Shown: positions 49,916 through 58,103 of the stretch, piece by piece
Position numbering within the stretch: the stretch's first letter is position 1
Layout of the letters: every line of letters begins with the position of its first letter
DNA from: a virus
Virus record (IMG/VR): IMGVR_UViG_3300045988_066710
Reading direction: 5' to 3' (one strand)
Length of the DNA stretch: 64,000 nt
The notes under the pieces: generated by a model
Told to the model about the DNA's origin: nothing
Databases searched by the model: none
Seen by the model: the letters and a program-made list of their open reading frames with translations, nothing else
Program-made: the position numbers and the translations under genes

Positions 49916-50938
49916 ATGATTAGCAATGGATATACTTCAATAACTTTAAAAGATATATTAAACAAAGTAGATGAGGGTCAAATACTTAATTTCTACTTTG
50001 GTATTACACAAGTTCCTTTTAGAATGAATAGCCCTTTAAGGAATGATTCTAAACCTTCATTTGGATTATATTCAAGTGATGGTATACATATACATTATAA
50101 AGACTTTGCAACAGGAGAACAAGGGTCTTTATTTGATTTACTTATGCAAATCTACAATATTAGTTTTATAGAACTAGTAGATAAGATAAGTAAAGATATG
50201 AATATTAATACTAAGCAGATTAATATCTCTAAATCTCAAATTAAACATAACTCAGCTACAATAAGTAGTAGTCAAATCAGACTAGAGGTTAAAACTAGAG
50301 AATGGAGAAATTATGATGTTGAGTATTGGGAATCTTATGGATGTAATATAAATCTATTAAAGTATGTTGAAGTATATCCTATTAGTCATAAAATTATATA
50401 TAAAGATAATAAAAGATATACCTTTGCTTGTGATAAACTAGCATATTGTTATATTGAAAGAAAAGAAGGGAATATCACCAAGAAAATTTATCAACCCTAT
50501 AATAAAAATGGTTACAAATGGACATCTTCCAATGACAAGAGTGTTATTGGTTTGTGGTCTAAAATTCCAGAGACAGGAGATACATTGCTTATATGTTCAT
50601 CATTGAAAGATAGTATCTGTCTATGGTCTAATGTTAATATACCCTGTATATATGTTCAATCAGAAAATACAGAGTTAAGTGATTCTGCAATTAATTGTTT
50701 ACAAAAAAGATATAATCATATTTATATAGCATTTGATGGAGATTCAGCAGGTGAAATAGATGCCTATAATCTTAGATTAAAAACAGGTTTTGAGATAATT
50801 CATTGTCCTTTAATTGATAAGGCAAAAGATTATTCAGATATATATCATTATTTTGGTAAAAAAAGACTTATTGAAGAATTTAATAATGCTTTTAATAAGA
50901 CTAAAGCACCAGATATGGATGATGATTTACCTTTTTGA
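49916..50938 (+). CDS. DnaG/Toprim-type DNA primase with SSB-like C-terminal tip
   Basis: SPLRNDSKPSFGLY is a degenerate primase zinc-finger region. The Toprim-like segment reads LLICSSLKDS...IAFDGDSAGE. The C-terminus is PDMDDDLPF. Confidence 0.65.
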   Translation: MISNGYTSITLKDILNKVDEGQILNFYFGITQVPFRMNSPLRNDSKPSFGLYSSDGIHIHYKDFATGEQGSLFDLLMQIYNISFIELVDKISKDMNINTKQINISKSQIKHNSATISSSQIRLEVKTREWRNYDVEYWESYGCNINLLKYVEVYPISHKIIYKDNKRYTFACDKLAYCYIERKEGNITKKIYQPYNKNGYKWTSSNDKSVIGLWSKIPETGDTLLICSSLKDSICLWSNVNIPCIYVQSENTELSDSAINCLQKRYNHIYIAFDGDSAGEIDAYNLRLKTGFEIIHCPLIDKAKDYSDIYHYFGKKRLIEEFNNAFNKTKAPDMDDDLPF

Positions 50939-50984
50939 AATAACACAAATAATTAAAGTTTAATATATTAAAATTTAAAGAAAA

Positions 50985-51698
50985 ATGGAAAAAAGAAAGA
51001 TTACAGTGATTCCTACAAAGACTCACAAGACACAAGTTATTGAAAGTGCAGCAACAACATTGGCAGAACTCAAAGCAGACCTTACTAAGGCAGGTATTAA
51101 TTATACTGATTGTACATTCTTTGAGGGTCTTACTAAGATTGAATTGAAGAATGATGCTGCTATTCTTCCACATGATGTTCCTTATAAGGGAACTACTACT
51201 AATAACTTAGTATTTATGATTACTAATGCTTCAAAGAAGATTAGAAGTGGAGCAAAGCTTGATAGAAAGGCTATCATTGAGGAGATTAAGAGTAAGAATC
51301 TTACAGAAGTAGTTAAGAAGACTTATGGTAAGAATTATACTAACTGTAAGACAGAAGATTTGCAGAAGATTCTTAACAAAGAAGCAGCTTCTACAACAGC
51401 AGATGCTTCAGCTCCTACAGCTAAAGCAGCTCCTGCAAAGAAGGAAGCTCCTAGTAAGCCTGTAATGAAGGCTGATGACCCTAGTAACTATGTTACTAAA
51501 GCAGAACTTAAGAAAGTTATTGAAAGTCTTTTGGAAGAAATGGAGAATGCAGGTATGGATTATTCTGATGATATTGATATTGATAATATTGCTATTATTG
51601 GTAATGTCACTTCAGATACTTCAAATGCTTCAAAGGAAGAGGAATCAGATTCTCCATATTCATCAAATGAACTTGATGATATGTTTAAAGATATGTAA
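50985..51698 (+). CDS. hypothetical protein with Ala/Pro/Lys linker and acidic C-terminus (237 aa)
   Basis: ORF followed by a strong terminator. No motif recognised. Confidence 0.55.
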   Translation: MEKRKITVIPTKTHKTQVIESAATTLAELKADLTKAGINYTDCTFFEGLTKIELKNDAAILPHDVPYKGTTTNNLVFMITNASKKIRSGAKLDRKAIIEEIKSKNLTEVVKKTYGKNYTNCKTEDLQKILNKEAASTTADASAPTAKAAPAKKEAPSKPVMKADDPSNYVTKAELKKVIESLLEEMENAGMDYSDDIDIDNIAIIGNVTSDTSNASKEEESDSPYSSNELDDMFKDM

Positions 51699-51716
51699 TT
51701 TATAAAAAATCTAATA

Positions 51717-51756
51717 GGGAGTAAGTATAGTAATATATTTGCTCCCTTCTTTTTTA
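51717..51756 (+). terminator. intrinsic terminator
   Basis: Stem GGGAG(51717-21)/CTCCC(51742-46) followed by TTCTTTTTTATT. Confidence 0.55.
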
Positions 51757-51762
51757 TTACTT

Positions 51763-52878
51763 ATGGATATAAAAGAACAAATAAGAAATAAGTATTATAC
51801 TCCTACAGAAGAAGCTCTTAAAGTATATGAAATATTTAAAAGTTTCTTTGGTGAAACTAAAGTAGACTTTCAAGTAGATAAAGATTTTAAAGATGCTGTA
51901 GAAACTTTAATAGCAGAAGATGAAAACTTGGAAGATACTTTAAACCTTCCTTTACTTCCATTATGTGAATTTTCATATATTATATTAGTTCATTTTCCAA
52001 ATGTAACTATTACTAATGAAAAAGATAATAATGTAGATATTCATGATTTATATGTTAAAGTACCACTTGATTATACAGGAAAACAAGCTAAAAGATTTGA
52101 AATGATTGTTACTACTTTCACTAAAGTTTTATATGAAAGTCATTATACACATTCCCATTTACCTTCAGGTTCTTTAAGTCATGGTAAAGCTTATTTTAAT
52201 AGACCTTGTTTAGGAGAAGGTCCTATTGGAGACACTTGTAATATTCTTGGAGATGAAAATAATGAAAATATATGGAAATTATTCTGTGTGGAATTAGCTA
52301 GATATGTTACAGTAGAATCTATAGCAGGAGTTCCTTATTACAGAATGGAAAATATTGGTAGAAATAATAGTAATAAAGAAATAATTCTTTCAGATACTTG
52401 TTATACAGTCTCTTCAGAAATTTCATTTATTATAAAAGAAGCCATACGTAATCTTATAAATAGAAAAGTATTTACTTTTAAATATGTAAATAATACTTAT
52501 AGCTTTGCTGCTAATGATGCTTCTTTAATTAGATTAATAAGCAATGAGTTTATAACAATTTATAATAAAAGATTTAATAATAAAGAACTTTCTACAAATT
52601 TAAATGAATTAATAAGAGCTAAAATTCTTATAAAAGCAGTTTTTTATAAAGGATGTTTTACTGAAGAAGATAGTAATAGACACAGTTCTTGTAGTCCTAG
52701 TACTGATGTCTTATTTACATTTAAGAATATACCTGTTAAAATGAAGATTATAGATACTGATACTACTATTGAACCTGTATATATTCTTAATGTAAAATAT
52801 ATTAATGTGGCAATACGAAATATATTAGAATTTATAAATTACAATTATGGACAAGAATATATTAAAGAAACAAGATAA
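51763..52878 (+). CDS. first gene of the E1/JAB operon; possible E2-like protein (371 aa from ATG)
   Basis: The start is trimmed from the TTG at 51739, which lies inside the terminator, to the ATG at 51763. The segment YTHSHLPSGSLSHGKAYFNRPCLGEG loosely recalls the HPN...C active-site region of E2. Confidence 0.3.
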   Translation: MDIKEQIRNKYYTPTEEALKVYEIFKSFFGETKVDFQVDKDFKDAVETLIAEDENLEDTLNLPLLPLCEFSYIILVHFPNVTITNEKDNNVDIHDLYVKVPLDYTGKQAKRFEMIVTTFTKVLYESHYTHSHLPSGSLSHGKAYFNRPCLGEGPIGDTCNILGDENNENIWKLFCVELARYVTVESIAGVPYYRMENIGRNNSNKEIILSDTCYTVSSEISFIIKEAIRNLINRKVFTFKYVNNTYSFAANDASLIRLISNEFITIYNKRFNNKELSTNLNELIRAKILIKAVFYKGCFTEEDSNRHSSCSPSTDVLFTFKNIPVKMKIIDTDTTIEPVYILNVKYINVAIRNILEFINYNYGQEYIKETR

Positions 52879-53983
52879 TACATATAAGTTAATTATTACT
52901 CCAGAACTAGAAGAAAAGATTAGATTCTTGTGTGCTAGATTTCCTAATAATGAATATAGTGGAGTATTATTCTATGATTATACTGGTAGATTTGAAGATA
53001 ATTCTTTAGTATTAACTGCTAAAGATTTCTGTCTTATGGATTATGGTTCTGCTACTTATACTGAGTTTGATAAGAGTGCAGAAATCTGTAATTATATGAT
53101 AGAACATGATTTATTAGAATGTCAGCAAGGTTTAATGCATTCACATGACCAGATGTCAACGTTTTTCAGTGGAACTGACCTTGGAACTCTTCAAGAAGAA
53201 GGTTCTGATATGAATAATTTCTTATCTTTAATTGTAAATAATGCTGGTCAATATACTGCGGCAATTACAAGAAAAGTTAAACATATTCCTCATGTAACAG
53301 AAGTACTTGAATATGAGTTCTTTGGTGAAGAAACTATTAATATAGGTAATGATGAATATGATGCTATAGAATCTTATGAAATAGAATATTTCTTCTTGAA
53401 TATTGAAAAGCCTACTGTAAATATTGGTTATACAGACCTATTTAATAGAATTGAAGAAATTAGTAAGGATAAGACTAAAATTACAAATATTAGTAGAGAA
53501 CCTCGTGCTAATCTTATTGTTGACTCTACTTTAAAGGCAACACCTTTATATAAGGAAACAAATATACCTTTCTCTAAGGCTAATACTGCTGTTCAAGCAG
53601 GAGTAGATACAGATGAATCTATTGATTATAATAAGTATAAATTTAATGAAACAGACTTAAATAATATTGTTAAACAATTACTTATAGGTAGTCCTATATT
53701 TACTCCAAAAGACCTCAATGAATGGGTTCAAAAAATGCCTACAGTATTTTCTAAGAGATTTGGAGAAGGACAAAAAGGTTTAGCGAATTATAGAGCTTTT
53801 ATTGGTTATTTTGTAGAATTTCTTGTAACAGAAGCCTTTGATGATAATTTAGCAGAAGAAGGTTATCTTGAAGATTCACAAATGGCTATATGTGCTTATG
53901 GTGTATTACAGAAATTACATACATTTAAAACTAATTCCTTTATTGAAGTTATAGAGGATGAAATAGAACGTTTTATTATTTAA
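52847..53983 (+). CDS. JAB/MPN+ (JAMM) metallopeptidase-domain protein
   Basis: An upstream Glu in NNEYSGVLF plus MHSHDQMSTFFSGTD gives the exact H-x-H-x7-S-x2-D JAMM motif. The C-terminal about 200 aa is unassigned. Confidence 0.75.
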   Translation: MDKNILKKQDNTYKLIITPELEEKIRFLCARFPNNEYSGVLFYDYTGRFEDNSLVLTAKDFCLMDYGSATYTEFDKSAEICNYMIEHDLLECQQGLMHSHDQMSTFFSGTDLGTLQEEGSDMNNFLSLIVNNAGQYTAAITRKVKHIPHVTEVLEYEFFGEETINIGNDEYDAIESYEIEYFFLNIEKPTVNIGYTDLFNRIEEISKDKTKITNISREPRANLIVDSTLKATPLYKETNIPFSKANTAVQAGVDTDESIDYNKYKFNETDLNNIVKQLLIGSPIFTPKDLNEWVQKMPTVFSKRFGEGQKGLANYRAFIGYFVEFLVTEAFDDNLAEEGYLEDSQMAICAYGVLQKLHTFKTNSFIEVIEDEIERFII

Positions 53984-53987
53984 AATT

Positions 53988-54938
53988 ATGAATGAAGAAT
54001 CAACTATAACTCCACCTTTGGAGGTTAATATGGAACAAATAGTAAATACTACAGCTAATGTTCCAGAAGTTGCTATTGCTCCTTTAGAGATAACAGAAAG
54101 AGAAACAACATCAATATTAGAACCTGAAGAAGTAGTAGAAGAAGAATCAGAATCTATATTATCAGAAGAAGATGAAGCTTTTTTGAATGAAGTTATTGAA
54201 AACCAACATCAGGAAATTCCTCTTATAAGTGAAGATTATCATGATGAAACTGCTAGATTTTCAGGAGCAGAATGGTTTAATAAAATTAAAGAGAAAATTA
54301 TTATTGTAGGAGGTGCAGGAGGTATTTCTTCAAATGCTATATTTCAATTAGCTAGAATACACCCTAAGAGTATTTATATCTTTGATAATGATAAAGTTGA
54401 GGAAGTTAATCTTGCTGGACAAATGTTTGGTATCAAGGATATAGATAAATATAAAGTGGATGCCATAGCAGAAACTGTTAACCATTATAGTAAATATACT
54501 GATGTGTTTGCTATGCGAGAATTATATACTAGTAATAGTTTTACTTCTGATATTATGATTTGTGGCTTTGATAATATGGAAGCTAGAAAGGTATTCTTTA
54601 ATAACTGGAAAAAACATGTAGAATTGCAGAAAGATAAATCTAAATGTCTATATATTGATGCCCGATTGTCATTTGATACTTTACAAATACTCACTATTGT
54701 AGGTACAGATACATATAATCAGGATAGATATGAAAAAGAATTCTTATTTTCTGATGAAGAAGCAGATGAAACTGTATGTAGTTTAAAACAAACTACTTTT
54801 ATGGCATGCATGATAGCTTCTTTTATTGTAAATAATGTAGTTAATTTCTGTGCTAATGAAATTGTTCCTATGATAAAGCAATTACCTTTCTTTATAGAAT
54901 ATGATTGTAATATGATGTACTTAAAAGAAGAAGATTAA
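53988..54938 (+). CDS. ThiF/MoeB/E1-like adenylyltransferase
   Basis: Acidic N-terminal tail, then Rossmann motif IIIVGGAGGISSNAIFQLARI, followed by FDNDKVEEVNLAGQ and DIMICGFDNMEARKVF as in E1-like adenylation domains. Confidence 0.75.
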   Translation: MNEESTITPPLEVNMEQIVNTTANVPEVAIAPLEITERETTSILEPEEVVEEESESILSEEDEAFLNEVIENQHQEIPLISEDYHDETARFSGAEWFNKIKEKIIIVGGAGGISSNAIFQLARIHPKSIYIFDNDKVEEVNLAGQMFGIKDIDKYKVDAIAETVNHYSKYTDVFAMRELYTSNSFTSDIMICGFDNMEARKVFFNNWKKHVELQKDKSKCLYIDARLSFDTLQILTIVGTDTYNQDRYEKEFLFSDEEADETVCSLKQTTFMACMIASFIVNNVVNFCANEIVPMIKQLPFFIEYDCNMMYLKEED

Positions 54939-55606
54939 TGATAAGTGAAAATATTAAAAATAATATAAATAGCTTTCTTGGTGTTACGTCAGCCTCTCTC
55001 TGTTCAACAGGTATACCTTTATTAGGAACAGAGAATAATCAATTCTCTCTATATATGACAAATCATATATTTAATGGTAAGATTACAGAGATTCCTATTT
55101 ATAATTCTTTATCTTCGAGAGGAATAATTCCACTATTTACTTTTTCTTCTACTAGTATAAATGAAAGAAAAACTTTTGGTCCTCTCTTAAAAGAGTTAAG
55201 TTTTACTAGAGGAGCAGGAGCATTAAATAGAGTTAGAGATAAAGATGGTAATCTTTATTATGGAATGAGAGGTTTAATACTTAATAGTAATTTAGAGCCA
55301 TTAGTATTATGTACTATTAGACCTCCTAGAACATCATCAGCTACCACAGAACTTATACTTAGAGTAAGTCCTAAAGTTTTTAATAGTGATAATGTTGTAT
55401 GTAAAGGTATTCAAAAGTATCTTATTGAATATTGTAGTACTGTCTCTAGATATTTTTCTATAGTAAGTGGTTTTACTACTATGACAGTTATCATTAACAA
55501 TGATATTGATAAGTTTATAAGACATGCCAAGGCTCCTACCAATATTAATGTTAATGAGGAAATACAACAGCTTCTTGTAGATAATATAGATAAATTATGT
55601 CTTTAG
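54938..55606 (+). CDS. fourth gene of the E1/JAB operon, unknown function (222 aa)
   Basis: ATGA-coupled to the E1-like gene and overlapping the ung start. No motif recognised. Confidence 0.5.
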   Translation: MISENIKNNINSFLGVTSASLCSTGIPLLGTENNQFSLYMTNHIFNGKITEIPIYNSLSSRGIIPLFTFSSTSINERKTFGPLLKELSFTRGAGALNRVRDKDGNLYYGMRGLILNSNLEPLVLCTIRPPRTSSATTELILRVSPKVFNSDNVVCKGIQKYLIEYCSTVSRYFSIVSGFTTMTVIINNDIDKFIRHAKAPTNINVNEEIQQLLVDNIDKLCL

Positions 55607-56202
55607 AGGAATATTTTGGAGATTGGTTAAAAGTAATAGATAAGAAAGTATTATATGAGACAATTAATACACTTAATTCTAGCAATACTGTTAATTTGTG
55701 TCCTAATTATAATGACATCTTTAATTGCTTTAAAGCTTGTAAATTATCTAAATTAAAGGTAGTTATATTAGGTTTAAGTCCTTATCCACAATTAGGTAAG
55801 GCTACTGGAATTGCTTTTGGTAACAATATAAAAACACTTGATAAAGATCTATCACCATCCTTACAAGTTATAAAAGAATCAGTTATCAATTATGAAATTC
55901 CACAAAATAGTAGTATCTTTGACCCCAGTTTTGAAGATTGGGAGAAGCAAGGAGTATTAATGTTGAATTGTGCATTGACATGTAAAGCAGGTCTCCCTAG
56001 TTCTCATTTAGGACTATGGAGACCTTTTATATCTAAACTAATATATAATATGTCTAGATATATGACTGCTTGTGTATATGTATTATTTGGTGAAGAAGCT
56101 AAAACTTTTGAACCTTATATCTCTCAATATAATTATGTAATTAAAGAAAAACATCCTTCATATTATGCTAGGAATCATAAGAAACTTAGATATAATTTGT
56201 AG
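55597..56202 (+). CDS. ung: uracil-DNA glycosylase (family 1-like)
   Basis: VVILGLSPYPQLGKATGIAFG (compare GQDPYH...GLAFS), GVLMLNCALTCKAG, and KHPS near the C-terminus. Confidence 0.8.
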   Translation: MSLEEYFGDWLKVIDKKVLYETINTLNSSNTVNLCPNYNDIFNCFKACKLSKLKVVILGLSPYPQLGKATGIAFGNNIKTLDKDLSPSLQVIKESVINYEIPQNSSIFDPSFEDWEKQGVLMLNCALTCKAGLPSSHLGLWRPFISKLIYNMSRYMTACVYVLFGEEAKTFEPYISQYNYVIKEKHPSYYARNHKKLRYNL

Positions 56203-56246
56203 GATGAAATAAATAATCATTTAAACAATAAAATAAAATTTAAAAG

Positions 56247-56564
56247 ATGAAAAAGTATTATTTTAAAGGTACTAATCAAGAAGTTAAATTAGGTGATAAG
56301 ATTACACAGATTATTACCTGTAGTAATGGTAAGCAATTTAAGTGTAATAGTACTGTAGATGAAGCTACTATTGAAGATTTACTTAATAGAAATTCTATTG
56401 AAGCTAAGGAAGTTATTCCTGTACAGAAGAGTATATATAGAAAACATGGTAAAAGAGGTCCTATGCCAAAAGAACCTAATATTAAGGTAATTAATCTTAA
56501 TAATAAAGAAGAATTTAAAGAGTTTATTAATGTTTTAACTGGTATTATTAGTGGCAAATGTTAA
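56247..56564 (+). CDS. hypothetical protein (105 aa)
   Basis: ORF in the operon. Confidence 0.5.
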   Translation: MKKYYFKGTNQEVKLGDKITQIITCSNGKQFKCNSTVDEATIEDLLNRNSIEAKEVIPVQKSIYRKHGKRGPMPKEPNIKVINLNNKEEFKEFINVLTGIISGKC

Positions 56565-57054
56565 TAAGAAGATTAGGAATGCTACTGTAAATAAACAAGG
56601 TAATATTACCTTTAAAAGTATATTGGAGAAAACCTGTTTCAATACATTAATTGAGGCAGGTTTTAATCCTCTATATGAACCTAAGAAACATGTAGTATTT
56701 CCTTCATTTAAACCTATTACTCCTTTTTATGATAAGGAAACAGATTCTCAACATGAAAAGAGAGTAAAAGAGTTAGGTAAACCTTCACCTAAATTACTTA
56801 GATTATGTGATGGACTTATACAGCCTATTACATATTTACCTGACATATATCTTAAATATAAAGATATAGATGTATGGATAGAATGTAAGGGATTCTCAAA
56901 TGAAGTTTTTCCATATAAAAGAAAACTATTTAGGAAATACCTTGATAATATTCTTACTGCTACAGGACAAAAGAGTATTTATTTTGAAGTTTATAGTAAA
57001 AAACAGCTTTTACAAGCTATAGAAATATTTAAAGAATATGCTGAAAAGTCTTAA
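56551..57054 (+). CDS. PD-(D/E)XK-fold nuclease candidate
   Basis: LPDIYLKYKDIDVWIECKG carries a D...E-x-K arrangement. The start is GTG. Confidence 0.45.
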   Translation: MANVNKKIRNATVNKQGNITFKSILEKTCFNTLIEAGFNPLYEPKKHVVFPSFKPITPFYDKETDSQHEKRVKELGKPSPKLLRLCDGLIQPITYLPDIYLKYKDIDVWIECKGFSNEVFPYKRKLFRKYLDNILTATGQKSIYFEVYSKKQLLQAIEIFKEYAEKS

Positions 57055-58084
57055 AGATATATCTTGGTTAGTGACAGAAGAAACCTATAGAGCTGATAAA
57101 GCTCTTAGTTATTCTACTATATCTAAATTTAAGAGAGAAGGATTTGAACATTTAGATACATTATTTGATAAGGTTGAAAGTCCTTCTTTATTGTTAGGTT
57201 CTTTAGTAGATTGTTTAACTACTGACCCTCCTGAAGAATATGAAAGAAGGTATTTAGTAGCAGAATTCCCTCCTATTACTGATAAAGTAGAAACTATTGT
57301 AAAATCTTTATTTAATAGTTATTCAAGTACTTATGATTCATTATATAAGATACCAGATAATCTTATTATAGATTCTACAAATATTAATGGATTTCAGTTA
57401 AATTGGAAACCAGAAACTAGAGCAAAAGTAATTAAGGAAAAAGCATCTGATTACTATAATTTATTGTACTTAGCTAAAGATAAAATCTTAATAAGTACAG
57501 AACTTAATGATATAGCACATCAGATGGCTAATGCTCTTATTGAAAGTTCTCAAACTGCATTATATTTTAAAAAGAATAATCCTTTTGATGATTGTGAAAA
57601 TCTTTATCAATTAAAGTTTAAAGCAGAAATAGATGGTGTTCCTTATAGATGCATGATAGACGCTTGTAGAATAAATTATAAAGATAAGACTATTCAACCT
57701 ATAGATGTAAAGACATCATATAAACCTACATATAATTTCTATAAGTCATTTATAGAGTGGAATTATGCATATCAATGTAGATTATATGCAAGAATTCTTA
57801 AACTTAATATTGAAAAAGATGAATACTTTAAAGACTTCACAATTTTACCTTATAAAGATATAGTAATTTCTAAGTCTAATATGATTCCACTTGTATGGGA
57901 TTGTGATTTTACTTTTGTAGAAGGTACATTATATCTTGGTAAAAATAATCAAATTAAACTTGAAGCACCTTGGGAAGTAGGTAAAGAACTTTGGTATTAT
58001 ATCTCTACAGGAGCCACAGTTCCTATGGGAATAAATATTGAAAGTTCAAATGATTTGAGAACTTGGATAGATAAAATGGAATAA
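57038..58084 (+). CDS. RecB-family PD-(D/E)XK exonuclease
   Basis: CMIDACRI...IQPIDVKTS provides the D/ExK motif, and YAYQCRLYA provides QxxxY. Confidence 0.6.
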   Translation: MLKSLKDISWLVTEETYRADKALSYSTISKFKREGFEHLDTLFDKVESPSLLLGSLVDCLTTDPPEEYERRYLVAEFPPITDKVETIVKSLFNSYSSTYDSLYKIPDNLIIDSTNINGFQLNWKPETRAKVIKEKASDYYNLLYLAKDKILISTELNDIAHQMANALIESSQTALYFKKNNPFDDCENLYQLKFKAEIDGVPYRCMIDACRINYKDKTIQPIDVKTSYKPTYNFYKSFIEWNYAYQCRLYARILKLNIEKDEYFKDFTILPYKDIVISKSNMIPLVWDCDFTFVEGTLYLGKNNQIKLEAPWEVGKELWYYISTGATVPMGINIESSNDLRTWIDKME

Positions 58085-58103
58085 TGTTTAATTAAAATAA
58101 TAT

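Noticed and set aside
39107-51762. ORF-track 5' extensions that use TTG starts, at 39107, 40847 and 51739.
   Set aside because: Each TTG lies inside the preceding gene or, for 51739, inside a terminator hairpin. An in-frame ATG with a better context follows within 6-54 nt, so the starts were moved to 39161, 40853 and 51763.
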